Translations under genes and position numbers: made by a program
The notes under the pieces: generated by a model
The model's input: the letters and a program-made list of their open reading frames with translations, nothing else
Database searches by the model: none
What the model was told of the DNA's origin: nothing
Part shown: piece by piece, positions 9,072 to 19,150 of the stretch
Layout: each line of letters opens with the position of its first letter
Position numbering within the stretch: the stretch's first letter is position 1
Assembly (NCBI GenBank): GCA_049280815.1
Contig: JBAPQW010000053.1
Coordinates: 49,413 to 113,412 of the forward strand
Direction of reading: 5' to 3'
DNA length: 64,000 bases
Source of the DNA: Verrucomicrobiia bacterium
GTDB taxonomy: Bacteria; Verrucomicrobiota; Verrucomicrobiia; Limisphaerales; UBA11358

Positions 9072-10955
9072 TCAATTTCCTTTTCCACTTTCGACCTCCC
9101 CCAGGTCCATGATCTGCAGCAGCGCCGTTTCGTGATACGGCCCCGGTCGATGCACCAGTTCCGCGTGCGTGCCCGACTGCGTCAACTGTCCGTCCTCCAA
9201 CACCAGGATCAAGTCCGCCCGCCGCAGCAAACTCAGCCGGCCCGACACCACAAATGTGGTCCGCCCCGCCATCGCCTCGCGCAACGCCGACACAATCTCA
9301 TTCTCCGTCCGCGCATCCACCGACGCCGTCGGGTCGTCGAGGATGAGGACCGGCGGTTGCAGCAACAAGGCCCGGGCCAGCGCCAGCCGTTGACGCTGTC
9401 CGCCCGACAAATCCACGCCCGATTCCCCCAGCACCGTTTCGTAGCCGTGCGGCAGCGCCGTGATGAAGGCATGGGCGGACGCGATCCGCGCCGCGCGTTC
9501 GATTTGTTCCATCGTGGCGTGCGGATGTCCAAACGCGATGTTGGCCGAAACGGTGTTCGAAAATAAAAAGCTCTCCTGATATACAATCCCGATCTGCCGC
9601 CGGTATGCGTCTAGGTCCAATTCGCGCAAATCCTTTCCATCCGCCAGGATGCGTCCCGCGAGCGGGTCATAAAAGCGCGGGATCAAACCGAGCAGCGAAC
9701 TTTTGCCCGTGCCCGTCATGCCGAATATGCCGATGACCTGGCCGGGTTTGGCTTCGAACGACACGTCCGCCAGCACCGGTTTGTCCGCGTGATAGCCGAA
9801 CGTGACCTTTTCGAACACCATCCGGCCCGTGAGCCGTCCTGGCTTGACGGCATCCGGCCGGCTTTCCACCTCCACCGGCGTGTCCAGCACCTCGAACACC
9901 CGCCGTGCTGCCGCGAGGCTCTGCTGCACCGAGTTGGCGATTGTGGAGATGGTCGCCACCTGCCCGGTGAATTGCTGGAGCAAGCCTGCGAACACCACCA
10001 GCCCGCTGCCGAGCGGAATCCGCCCCTGCACATACAGCCACCCGCCGTACGCAAACAAAATCACCAGGCTCAACTGCGACAACATCTGCGTGCCCGGGGT
10101 GAAGATTGACAAATCCCGGAAAATTTTCCGCTGTTGCGACGATACCTGAAGATTCGCCTCCTCGAAGCGCCGGATCTGGTGCGGCTCCGCGGCGAACCCC
10201 TTCACGGTCTGCATCCCGCGCACGCTCTCGCTAAACAACAAGATCATATTGTCCGTCAACTCTCGATTTTGCAGGTAACCCGGGCGCAGCCGGGCCGAAT
10301 AATAATGCGCCAGCCACCACAACGGCACCGACACGCACAGGCACGCCACAGTTAGCGACGGCTGGATGCGCCACATGAAGACCGCATAGGCCACCAGCGT
10401 CAGGAGCATGGTTGCACCCTGCAACAACACGCCGTCCACGAACAATCGCGTGTTCTGCACATCGCCCGTCACCCGGTTGAATATCGAATTGGATCCGTGG
10501 ACGTCGAAGAAGCTGAAGCTCAGCCGCTGCAGCTTGGCGTAGAGCTGCGCGCGGAGCTCCGGCACGATTTCACCCTGCGTCAGCCGCGCGGTGATCATGT
10601 TGTAGGCGTAAGTGAACCCGGCGCGCAACACCGCCTGCACCACAATCGCCAGCGCCAGCGCCGTGACCACCTGCAAAGCCGACCAACCCGGCGGGGGGGT
10701 CCAGCCGAATGGATAAACCGGCGGGGGCAGCGTCGGGTCGAGCGCGTACCGGATGATGTCGATCACCACGCCCAACAATTTGAGTCCCGCGATGCCGAGC
10801 AGCAGCAGCACCACGCTCAAAATCAGCGACCACAAGCAATCTGCGCGGAACCGCCACGCCAGGGCCAGGAGCCGGCGGACCAGTTCGCCCGTGGGATACC
10901 GTTCGTCGTCGGCGGCGATATTGGCTGTTCCGGTTGTTTTCAGAACCCGTAACAT
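9072..10955 (-). CDS. ABC exporter, fused permease/ATPase, subunit 1
   Basis: ATG at 10955. TM domain then an NBD with Walker A GMTGTGKSS, signature LSGGQRQR and Walker B VLILDDPTAS. Tandem with the 7075-8946 gene, which fits a heterodimeric exporter. Confidence 0.9.
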   Translation of the reverse strand: MLRVLKTTGTANIAADDERYPTGELVRRLLALAWRFRADCLWSLILSVVLLLLGIAGLKLLGVVIDIIRYALDPTLPPPVYPFGWTPPPGWSALQVVTALALAIVVQAVLRAGFTYAYNMITARLTQGEIVPELRAQLYAKLQRLSFSFFDVHGSNSIFNRVTGDVQNTRLFVDGVLLQGATMLLTLVAYAVFMWRIQPSLTVACLCVSVPLWWLAHYYSARLRPGYLQNRELTDNMILLFSESVRGMQTVKGFAAEPHQIRRFEEANLQVSSQQRKIFRDLSIFTPGTQMLSQLSLVILFAYGGWLYVQGRIPLGSGLVVFAGLLQQFTGQVATISTIANSVQQSLAAARRVFEVLDTPVEVESRPDAVKPGRLTGRMVFEKVTFGYHADKPVLADVSFEAKPGQVIGIFGMTGTGKSSLLGLIPRFYDPLAGRILADGKDLRELDLDAYRRQIGIVYQESFLFSNTVSANIAFGHPHATMEQIERAARIASAHAFITALPHGYETVLGESGVDLSGGQRQRLALARALLLQPPVLILDDPTASVDARTENEIVSALREAMAGRTTFVVSGRLSLLRRADLILVLEDGQLTQSGTHAELVHRPGPYHETALLQIMDLGEVESGKGN

Positions 10956-11015
10956 GCCGCAGCTTTGGCTTGTAATCGAATCAAAAAAGAGACGCGAATT
11001 TTCTCGAAGACGAAT

Positions 11016-11110
11016 TTCAATAACAAAGCCGCCACGAGCGCAAAGAAGAATTCACGGAGCGAGGGAATGACAAAGAAGCCATGGCGTCTTTGCGCCTTTG
11101 TTGTTAAACC
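11016..11110. repeat. palindromic element, family B (..AACAACAAAG..GCGCAAAGAAG / CTTTGCGCCTTTGTTGTTAAA)
   Basis: Left arm ttcaataacaaagccgccacgagcgcaaagaag pairs with right arm cgtctttgcgcctttgttgttaaacc. Related units at 25003, 25063, 27009, 27993, 31047 and 34782. Confidence 0.7.
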
Positions 11111-11145
11111 CGTATTTTGTTTGTGTCACCTGTCACCTTTTGCCC

Positions 11146-12681
11146 TTACTGCCCTTTGATTCTGAAATAGCCCGCCACCTTCGTCATCGGTACGCTGGCG
11201 TTTTGCAACCCCGTCGTCAGGAGGTCGTTCCACGGGCCGGCCGGCACTGTGTCCGTTCTTTGCACCACAAACGGCGGGGTGCCACCCGTCCAACTCAGGT
11301 TCAGATTCGTGCCGGCTGGCGCGGCCGATAAATTCATGGGGTTTGACACGGTAACCAGCACCGCGTCGTAAGCCACCGCGTGGATGCCGTCATCGGCGCT
11401 CAACTCGAGGGTATAAACGCCCGGTGCGCTGAAGGTCGCTGGCGTGTTCGTCTGCACCGCGTTTCCAAACGTCACCGTGCCCGGCCCGGAATACAGCTTC
11501 CACTGGATCAGCGGCGGGGTGTTCGAGAAACTCACGAAGCCCGGCAGCGAGGCTTGTTGCCCAAAGATGACCGTCTGGTCCGGGCCGGCGTTGGCCACCG
11601 GTGCGCCCGGTGAACGGGGACCGCCATTCGTCCCGGTGGTCTGGATGACCTCGAAATTGGTGGCGCTGATGCTGGTCAGGTGATTGAAACAACCCGATGG
11701 CCAGCGGTTGTCCGGCGTCACCGAAATGGAAAAGAAACTGCCGTTATCGGCCACCATCGCGCCGTATTTCTTCAACCCCAATAGCACCGCCTTTTCCTCC
11801 TTCGTCCAGTTGGCCGGGATGACGAAGCCCGATTTCAATCGCAACCGCTGGCCCATCGCGGGCAGGTTCGTGCTGGTGTTGCCCGACGGCGCGGCGTAGT
11901 GCGTGGCCGGATAAATATACGTGTTGTAACGCGATTTCTTCACGACGATCCGGCACGCGTGCTCCACCATGCCTCGCTCCGCCTCGTCGTAACGCACCAG
12001 CGCGGAAAACATCGGGAAGCCCGCCGCGTCACCCGAGGTCAACCCGTTGGGGCGCAGGCCGTTTGTGTTTAAATTGAAGATTGCACCGTTCGCCGCCTGC
12101 CAGTTCGTGCTCACCAAAACTGCCATCCACGTTTCCCAGCTCACCCCATTGCCCGGTTGCACGATGATGGAATGCCGGTCACTGCCGTCGGCGTTCGTCT
12201 GCCATTGCGCCAGGGTCTGCGTGCCCGTACCCGCCGGCCACGTTTCAATCGGCATGTTTGTCGGAATCGGATAAAGGCCGTAAGGATAAGTTCCGCCGTT
12301 CAGATCCGAATCGTCAGGATATGTGACGAACTCGAATGGCACGAGCGGCTGATTGTCCGGCACGAGCACGAAGTTCATCTCGAACTCGGGCGTCAACACC
12401 GCCCGGCTCGCGCCCAGGTCCGAGATGATCTGCGCGATCATCGCGTCCGAATTCACGAGCACCGGCCGGTTGGAGATGCATTCGTTCCACGGATTGGTCA
12501 CCGGAAAGATCTGCAGGGCCGACACCATGGCGTCGGCGTTCGTGGTGTTAAACAGGATGGCATTGGTGACGGCGGGCAGGGGACCGAGAATGCGTCCTTC
12601 CTGGTTGATGCGTTCGTTCGCGGCGTGCAGAAGAGAGGTGTACAACATCCCAACCAGGACCGTTACAACTAGGCGTTTCAT
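11146..12681 (-). CDS. secreted protein with PKD-like domain and FYR-type C-terminal tail
   Basis: ATG at 12681 (MKRLVVTVLVGMLYTSLLHA signal peptide). PKD-like block ANAGPDQTV...GVYTLELSADDG. C-terminal ...NLSWTGG...GYFRIKGQ tail shared with four other proteins in the window. Confidence 0.75.
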   Translation of the reverse strand: MKRLVVTVLVGMLYTSLLHAANERINQEGRILGPLPAVTNAILFNTTNADAMVSALQIFPVTNPWNECISNRPVLVNSDAMIAQIISDLGASRAVLTPEFEMNFVLVPDNQPLVPFEFVTYPDDSDLNGGTYPYGLYPIPTNMPIETWPAGTGTQTLAQWQTNADGSDRHSIIVQPGNGVSWETWMAVLVSTNWQAANGAIFNLNTNGLRPNGLTSGDAAGFPMFSALVRYDEAERGMVEHACRIVVKKSRYNTYIYPATHYAAPSGNTSTNLPAMGQRLRLKSGFVIPANWTKEEKAVLLGLKKYGAMVADNGSFFSISVTPDNRWPSGCFNHLTSISATNFEVIQTTGTNGGPRSPGAPVANAGPDQTVIFGQQASLPGFVSFSNTPPLIQWKLYSGPGTVTFGNAVQTNTPATFSAPGVYTLELSADDGIHAVAYDAVLVTVSNPMNLSAAPAGTNLNLSWTGGTPPFVVQRTDTVPAGPWNDLLTTGLQNASVPMTKVAGYFRIKGQ

Positions 12682-12951
12682 TACAACAAAAAACAACTCA
12701 CCTCATCGTAAGCATTACACGTGCCCGGACGCATTGACGCGAATTTCAGGGATGAACACGAATTTCGTAAAACCGCGGTCTGAAAACCAGACGCCTCAAA
12801 CGATCGGAAGGCAGATAAGCCATGTCTTAAACTGCGGAACCTGATGTCCTGGGATCCTCCGTCTCTGGACGGCGGGATCCGCTGGGGCCATGTTTCCAGG
12901 AATGCAACGATGACGACGGGCTGCCGCTTCGTCGGCGGCTTTGGTCACCCT

Positions 12952-13176
12952 TTAAGCTTCGTCGGGAGCGTAAGATTCCAGCAGGCCGCATTTGGTGCAG
13001 CGAAAGATGCGAACCCGGAGCGCTTTTTTGCCGTCGGTCTTGACGGCGCCGAGAAAACCGAACTGTGGCGCTCCGGCGATCCAGGTGGTGACGCCTTTCG
13101 AACTCTGGGCCTCGGAAGCCACAAACCCTTCCTCTATTTCGCCGCCGCATTTGGCACACTTGGTTGGGGGTATCAT
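12952..13176 (-). CDS. small zinc-ribbon protein
   Basis: 74 aa with two CxxC pairs (CAKCGG ... CTKCG). ATG at 13176. Confidence 0.5.
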   Translation of the reverse strand: MIPPTKCAKCGGEIEEGFVASEAQSSKGVTTWIAGAPQFGFLGAVKTDGKKALRVRIFRCTKCGLLESYAPDEA

Positions 13177-13458
13177 TGTAAATTGGGCCGCCGGGCGACC
13201 TTGGGGACGCCCTTATGCCATTGTGTCCGGTTCACAGCTGTAAAAATTCTACAGGCATCGACGTTTGTCCAGCAACTTTTGGTCCACTTCAGGCCTTGTG
13301 GCGTGGGCTCAAACGACCGCAAAGCACCCAATATCCCCACGGACGCCTCAATCGCCGGGCACCGAATACACCTCATTCAAAACCAGAGGTATCGCAAACT
13401 CAGCAGTTGAAAAGCCGTGCTGGCCCGCGGTCAAAGCATTTCGGCAGTGGTCGATGGG

Positions 13459-13680
13459 CTATTTGTTCCCGAGCAGTTTCGCTTTCTGGGCTTCGTATTG
13501 TTCGGCCGAAATGGCTCCGGCGTTCCTGGCCTGCTGCAGATCGATCAACTGCTGGCCGAGGGTGGGGTTTTGATACTGGGCTTCGCTCTTGGAGCCGCCG
13601 CCCAGATGCAAATCCAGGCAGCCAGTCAGCAATAACATTGCGGCCAATGCCATCAAGGCGGTTTTGGATATCTTTTTCAT
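13459..13680 (-). CDS. small lipoprotein with SHOCT-like C-terminus
   Basis: ATG at 13680 (MKKISKTALMALAAMLLLTGC, lipobox). C-terminal GAISAEQYEAQKAKLL resembles a SHOCT motif. Confidence 0.6.
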   Translation of the reverse strand: MKKISKTALMALAAMLLLTGCLDLHLGGGSKSEAQYQNPTLGQQLIDLQQARNAGAISAEQYEAQKAKLLGNK

Positions 13681-13876
13681 AAGCACATTGTATTTGAATG
13701 TATTTTGGTTTGAGTAAATGCGATGAGTCCAACTTTGAATCCGCTGACTGGGGCTGTCAAGATCTCAGCCTGGGCTTGTCATCCGTCGGGGTTTACAGCG
13801 CGCAAAGTCGTGAGGTCGAACAACGACAACCACAGGTCCGCCGAGTTATTGAAGACAAAAACCGGAGTCCCAAGCA

Positions 13877-14830
13877 TTACTTCACCGGAATCCAGGTATC
13901 GTCCGGATCGTAAGTCGTCATGGCACCGGCGATTTTCGCAGTCTTGGGGCCGAGGTTCTTTTGATACATCAGGCCTTGTTGATTGACGATGAAGGTCATC
14001 ATGCCCGTGTCACCCCATTCGGCCGGCCAGGCGACCAGGGCAAATCCGGCAATCATGCGGCCGTTGATGATGTAATCATACTTGCCGCCTGGCGCATGTT
14101 TTCCCTGGCGCGTCAGGACCTTGAAATAATAGCCGTGGTAAGGTGCCAGCTCGTCGTTCAGCATTTTGGCCGTGCGCTGATAACCTTCCACGCGGGCCTG
14201 CGCCACGAGCGGCCCCAATGGACTCAAATCCTCGCCCGGTTTCGCCGGCCAGAACAGACCATCATGAGTGCCGGGTGTGCTGCGCAGGAACTGCGCGTAG
14301 GCGAGCACTCCGTCCCCCAAACGATCCTGGTCGGCATATTCGCGCTGCGCATCCACATATGCGTTACAGACATTGATCGCGCCTGTTTCGTCCATGCCGA
14401 TGCGGCGCGCGAGAATTTCCTGCCTGCCGGCGGCGGTGTCGAAGAACCATTGCCCGTCTTGTTTCACCAGTGGAATGGGAAACGGCCAGCCGTCCGCGCC
14501 AATCTCCAGCGTGATGTTGGCGTCCGAATTGGTGATCAACAGCGTTGTCTCCGCCAGGCGCTGGACAAAGATTCTGTATTCTGCGGTGGCCTGGACGGCA
14601 TCCGGCGAAATCAAATCATGCCCGGTCGGCCCAAAAATTGAATGCAGGGCATTGGTGTCATGATTCCCCGCCGCCAACACCAGCGCGTTGACGGCATCCT
14701 GCGGCGCGGCGAAAGTCTGTTCATCCGCGGCTGCCGCGCCCAACGGCAGCGCCAGCGCCAGCAGCGCCAGGCCTGAACCCGCTGCGAGCGGCCAAATGCA
14801 TCGCAACCATGAATGACGGTTGAGTTTCAT
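13877..14830 (-). CDS. DUF2950 family secreted protein
   Basis: ATG at 14830 (MKLNRHSWLRCIWPLAAGSGLALLALA). Motifs ..YAQFLRSTPGTHDGLFWP.. and ..YDYIINGRMIAGFALVAWPAEWGDTGMMTFIVNQQG.. are typical of DUF2950. The long ORF to 15247 is an artefactual extension. Confidence 0.85.
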   Translation of the reverse strand: MKLNRHSWLRCIWPLAAGSGLALLALALPLGAAAADEQTFAAPQDAVNALVLAAGNHDTNALHSIFGPTGHDLISPDAVQATAEYRIFVQRLAETTLLITNSDANITLEIGADGWPFPIPLVKQDGQWFFDTAAGRQEILARRIGMDETGAINVCNAYVDAQREYADQDRLGDGVLAYAQFLRSTPGTHDGLFWPAKPGEDLSPLGPLVAQARVEGYQRTAKMLNDELAPYHGYYFKVLTRQGKHAPGGKYDYIINGRMIAGFALVAWPAEWGDTGMMTFIVNQQGLMYQKNLGPKTAKIAGAMTTYDPDDTWIPVK

Positions 14831-14870
14831 GAGCGGTGATGTTGGGGTGGCAATCATTGGGTTGAAAGGT

Positions 14871-16022
14871 TCAATGCCGGTTTTGTGGACCTGAACTGTG
14901 CCCGCCCCCGCCGCCGCCGGAAGATGGGGCCGGTGCCGGCCGCGGAACCGGCGCAGAATGAGTCGTCGTTCCCATGCTTTGCTGACCGCGATTGCTATAG
15001 GTTCTGGTGTCGTGTGAACTCTGGATGCCAATAAACGCGCCGGTCGATTCCGTCCGGCTGACAGGTTGTGAATGTTCAACCGGAGCCGGTGTGGGTCGGG
15101 CGACCGGCGTCGAATATCGGTTTGCCGGTGCTTCCGGATGGCCGGCCGGGGGCGGTGTCCGTCGCGGAGCCACCCCATCGGACACGGACCGTCCCACCGT
15201 GGCCAACACGGGCTGGCGATGAGGAACGGCATAGCCCCGATCGCCATGATTCACCCCGGCCGCGCCCGGATAATTGCCCCGACGCCAGACGGTCGCGTGA
15301 CCCCGGTCCTGATCCCGATCATGCGGCGGCTCATGCCACCAATTGGTCGGGCGCGGATGGTCGTGACCCCAGACAATGATATTGTGGTGCCCCCAGTCAA
15401 AATCGCAGTTCAGCCACCCGCCAATCGCAAACCCGATGCCGAAGGAGATAAAGGGTGAGCCATAGGCCGATTGATAATAAACTTGGTCCGGCTGATAGAC
15501 CGGCACATAAATCACCTGTGGGTCAGCCGGAACAATTTCAATGTTGCCGCCGTCATTCACCACTTGTTGCTGCGGCGTGGATTGCAGGTTGCCAATATTG
15601 GAAGCCGACTGGCGCAGCCGTTGGATGGACTCCATCACTTCCTGCTGTTGATTAAGAAACGCCTGTCCCACGGCAGCCGTCCAATCCAGGTTGTCATCCA
15701 TCCATTTCAAGACACTTGGGTATCGGGCCAGCGCCTGGACGCTGGGGTCCCAAGGTTGTTGGTCGATCTGGCCGGGGTCGCCGCCGCCGCTGACATAACG
15801 GTCGGCCAGCACGATTTGCGTGGACAGGGTGGAGGCCGGCAGGATTTGGGCGATCAACGGGTCGGGATACAGCGCAATCGGCCCCAGCAGCTGGTCGAGC
15901 TGCGGATAGCCCAGCGGTTGGTAGGCGTTCTGCGGGGGCGGAACCGCCTCTTGCGCCCGTGCGAACCAAGCTGCCCCGGTGAGCACACACAACAAAACCG
16001 CGATATGGAACAATGACTTCAT
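14871..16022 (-). CDS. DUF3300 domain protein
   Basis: Signal peptide, then LLGPIALYPDPLIAQILPASTLSTQIVLADRYV and WDPSVQALARYPSVLKWM, the characteristic DUF3300 repeats. Pro-rich tail. Forms the usual pair with the downstream DUF2950 gene. Confidence 0.85.
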   Translation of the reverse strand: MKSLFHIAVLLCVLTGAAWFARAQEAVPPPQNAYQPLGYPQLDQLLGPIALYPDPLIAQILPASTLSTQIVLADRYVSGGGDPGQIDQQPWDPSVQALARYPSVLKWMDDNLDWTAAVGQAFLNQQQEVMESIQRLRQSASNIGNLQSTPQQQVVNDGGNIEIVPADPQVIYVPVYQPDQVYYQSAYGSPFISFGIGFAIGGWLNCDFDWGHHNIIVWGHDHPRPTNWWHEPPHDRDQDRGHATVWRRGNYPGAAGVNHGDRGYAVPHRQPVLATVGRSVSDGVAPRRTPPPAGHPEAPANRYSTPVARPTPAPVEHSQPVSRTESTGAFIGIQSSHDTRTYSNRGQQSMGTTTHSAPVPRPAPAPSSGGGGGGHSSGPQNRH

Positions 16023-16581
16023 CCGATTACAGGTAAAATTTCATCGTCATTACCCCAGACGCAATTGCCGCCCGACAGATTACAGCCCAAATCAAAATGA
16101 GTTTTGAGGTTATGATTGAACAATCGGGCGGCCATGGTTGTCGTGGTGTCGCGGTGGACACGCGCGCCGCCAGTAGCGCCCAATTTCGAAGCCGAAGAAT
16201 CCAAAACTTGCGCGTGCGCCGCCTCCAGCTTTTTAAAAGCTCGCGTCCAGCCGCAGATCGCGGCGTGGCCGCCACGCGGCTCCCTGCGGGATAGATTCGG
16301 GGTCAAGAACATTTGGTCAGCGCTGGCATGATTTTCTTACTTATATGCCGGCAACGGCGCGCCCGCCATACGGTGTTCACCCCATGCAGCTTTACCGGCA
16401 TTCGACCTGGAAGCCACAACCGCCCGGACGCGGACGAATTTGAACCACGAGGACACCATGAAAATTTCCTTTTTTCCCCGGCATCGCCCTTGTCCTGGCG
16501 GCTTGACGGGTCGAGTTGCTCCGCGCTCATGCCGATTTTGCTTTTGCAATCAAAATGGAATTGGCAAGGTTGCTGAATAGT

Positions 16582-18078
16582 ATGACAAAGGATAAATGCT
16601 CTGCCGTGTTTCGCGCTGTTCGAAGGATCCAAGCTGGTTTCCCGGTTCGTTGCCTGGCGTTGCTCGCTTGGGCCACGTTTTTGACCGGTTGTTTTACGAA
16701 TCAAGTCACGGATTTCACGCCCAAAAGCGGCATGGTTTGTGATGAAGTTCGCATCACCGGAAAATTTCATAAAGCTTTGGATTTTGGGGATTTGGACGGA
16801 GTCTGGTTCAACGGCGTCCACGCCAGGGCTTCCTTCCGGCATTATCCTGAGCCCAACGGTCCGCTGGAAATTCTTGCCATCGTGCCCGAACGCGCGAGCA
16901 ACGGTCCCATCCGGGTCAAAATCGCGTCTGAAGAAGGCTTGCTCTTTGGCGTGAAGGGCCTCAATTACACTTTCCGCGACGCCTTTTCCGTGACCGGCTC
17001 GCCGACGATGCCGGTCATCAGTTCGTTTTCCGCCGAGCCCGCGACCATCAAAGAAGGCCAGTCGAGCACGCTGACCTGGCAGGTCTCGCCGGGGGTGGAG
17101 CAACTGACCCTCGCCGGAGCCGACGTTTCCGGCACCAACTCTGAATCGGTGTCGCCAACCACCACCACCCTTTATGAGCTCGTTGCCAAAAACGGCTTGT
17201 GCTTCCAGCGAAACCAGGCCCTGCTGGTGACGGTCATACCTTTGCCGAAAATCACGGCGCCGGGAAACCCGGTGTATCATCCCGGTGACACGCTCACCGT
17301 CAACGGCGAAGGCTTGGCCCAAACCAACGCCTCGACCAAGGTCATTCTCTCCCAGGGCGCAACCTCGGTTGCCCTGACCGTCGCTTCGCCCACGGAAAAT
17401 CAACTCACCGTGCCCATCCCGGCCGCGTTTGTCGGCGGGCCGGTCAACATTCAAGCCGTGGTCGGCGCGGATGCCAGCAACACCAATGCGTTCACCCTGG
17501 AGGCGAAAAAGAATGGGCCGTTTGTTGATATCCAATCCAAAATTGGTTCTGCCAGCCAGACCTGTGGTTCCAAGCAACTGCAAATCTCCACCAATGTGCC
17601 GGGGTGGACCCTGCCGAACCTCGCGGTGTTCTCCCAAGCCGGCACCATCCTCGCGCAGCAGAACTTCCAGCCCGGGCTCATCGGCGGCGCGGCCTTTTCA
17701 CCCGGCGGCGACGAGGCGGTTTCCGTGACGGCCGATCCCAATGGCTTTTCCGCCTCCTACGTGAATGTCATCGAGCGGTTCGCCACCCATTATAAATTCC
17801 AATTTCCCGTCAACATCATGGATGGCTTCAAGACCGCGACCGGCCGCTGGCATGTGCTGTTCAGCCCGGACGACACCCTGGTGATGATCAGTTCGGTCCC
17901 GTCGGGCGGTCCGGCGAAAATCGCCGTACAAGTCCACGACCTGTTGCGGCAGAAGAACATCGGCACGCTGATTCAAGCTCCTTGTGCCACCTGCGATCTG
18001 TCCGCCGAGGTGATGAACGGAAACACCGTGGTGGTCAAACTGGATGGGGCCGTGGTCGCCACCTTGCCGGTTTACTAG
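16582..18078 (+). CDS. lipoprotein with IPT/TIG-like domains
   Basis: ATG at 16582 (..LAWATFLTGC, lipobox). Ig-like segments (CDEVRITGKF..., GDTLTVNGEGL...). 498 aa. Confidence 0.7.
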   Translation: MTKDKCSAVFRAVRRIQAGFPVRCLALLAWATFLTGCFTNQVTDFTPKSGMVCDEVRITGKFHKALDFGDLDGVWFNGVHARASFRHYPEPNGPLEILAIVPERASNGPIRVKIASEEGLLFGVKGLNYTFRDAFSVTGSPTMPVISSFSAEPATIKEGQSSTLTWQVSPGVEQLTLAGADVSGTNSESVSPTTTTLYELVAKNGLCFQRNQALLVTVIPLPKITAPGNPVYHPGDTLTVNGEGLAQTNASTKVILSQGATSVALTVASPTENQLTVPIPAAFVGGPVNIQAVVGADASNTNAFTLEAKKNGPFVDIQSKIGSASQTCGSKQLQISTNVPGWTLPNLAVFSQAGTILAQQNFQPGLIGGAAFSPGGDEAVSVTADPNGFSASYVNVIERFATHYKFQFPVNIMDGFKTATGRWHVLFSPDDTLVMISSVPSGGPAKIAVQVHDLLRQKNIGTLIQAPCATCDLSAEVMNGNTVVVKLDGAVVATLPVY

Positions 18079-18098
18079 CCGGAAAGCTTCGCCGCGCC

Positions 18099-18332
18099 TC
18101 ACCGTTTGGGCGGCTTGAGGGTTTCACCAAATACCCGGTCAACCATTTTTCTGAATTTGCTGTTCGCCCCCAGCATCTTTATTTCCTTTTGCGCCGCCGG
18201 GCCGGTGATCTCCTCCTCCAGCTCATACAACAGCTTCTTCAGCCGGTCGGAGCGGACCTGGAGTTTTTTGATCAAATCGTCCACCGCCCCGAGTTCGGTT
18301 CTCAAGGTTTCCGCAATGTTTCGTTTATTCAT
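18099..18332 (-). CDS. small coiled-coil protein, unknown function
   Basis: 77 aa, ATG start, charged helical sequence (LIKKLQVRSDRLKKLLYELEEEI). Convergent with the previous gene. Confidence 0.45.
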   Translation of the reverse strand: MNKRNIAETLRTELGAVDDLIKKLQVRSDRLKKLLYELEEEITGPAAQKEIKMLGANSKFRKMVDRVFGETLKPPKR

Positions 18333-18534
18333 GATGCAGGTGACGGCATTGAAAGCTGGTTTGTTTGCACGACAGGACCAAGCCTAAACCCGCCCCTTCG
18401 ATTGCACCAGCCTTGAACTGCTTAACAAATCCGGCGGGTCGAGACCTTTGACGCGAATTTCACGAATTCACATGAATTAATTCAGCCAGGAATAATGGGC
18501 GGCCATTGGCGCAATTTCCTTAAAAACGCTGGAT

Positions 18535-18687
18535 TTAATGCGGGAGAAAAGTTGGCCGGCTGAGCAGCCAGAAAAACCCCATCGCCAGCAGGGCGCTGAG
18601 CAGCACGGAAAGTCCGACGAAAAACCGGATTTGTTTCTGATGCGCCGACAAACCTTGTTTTCCCCTGTGAGTGCGGCGGTATGCCAT
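18535..18687 (-). CDS. possible 50-aa membrane peptide
   Basis: Not in the ORF track (<60 aa). ATG at 18687: MAYRRTHRGKQGLSAHQKQIRFFVGLSVLLSALLAMGFFWLLSRPTFLPH, a basic N-terminus plus one TM. No other support. Confidence 0.25.
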   Translation of the reverse strand: MAYRRTHRGKQGLSAHQKQIRFFVGLSVLLSALLAMGFFWLLSRPTFLPH

Positions 18688-19150
18688 AATTATTTGCTAA
18701 TAACCTGGGCAACGGCTCATCGGCCGCAAGGTGCTCAACCCAAAAACATAATGCTGCTTCAAGCCCGGCCGGGTCTGGCACTATTTTGGCTTAATCTGTT
18801 CCGGTATTGGCGCGAGTTTCCGGCCCCGTGGAGCCTCCCGGCCCGCGGCGGGTGAAGGCCTGCAAGGATGAATTCGAAAGCCGGCATCCATGGCACCCGG
18901 CCTCAAATCCCCAAAAAGCGCATCGAAAAGTTTCACCGGATTTGTTTTGTGCCTTTTATGCCAGATCGCGGATGAAAATCCGTGTCTTTCCGTGGTTTCA
19001 GACTCCGTGATTGTGACGACTAATTAATCAACCTGAATGGATAAGCTGTTGCTGTTCCGCAGGAAGGAAGGCTGGTCTGGCCAGCGGTTTGCTCTTCTGC
19101 CCGCATATGCAGGAGTTTTTCCCGCTGTTCAGTGTTGAAAAGGTCTAACC

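Noticed and set aside
8947-9075. N-terminal extension of the ABC gene to the TTG at 9075
   Set aside because: The extension translates the REP hairpin at 8968-9018 (..GRAELPLGVAARQRSPT..). ATG 8946 gives a normal N-terminus. A TTGA overlap with the upstream gene remains possible but is less likely.
16303-17637. 444-aa ORF on the minus strand
   Set aside because: It is entirely antisense to the well-formed IPT/TIG lipoprotein gene (16582-18078). The translation is Arg/Gly-rich low-complexity sequence typical of antisense frames in high-GC DNA, and no motif was recognised.
18605-18620. GGAAAGTCCG, resembling the RNase P RNA conserved core
   Set aside because: It lacks the following GGGC and the other universally conserved RNase P blocks. 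The region is better explained as intergenic or a small ORF.
19055-19085. GGAAGGAAGG, resembling the SRP RNA helix-8 motif
   Set aside because: There is no GNRA tetraloop context and no complementary 3' strand (AGCA loop). The position, about 70 nt upstream of the 19151 start, fits a 5' UTR.
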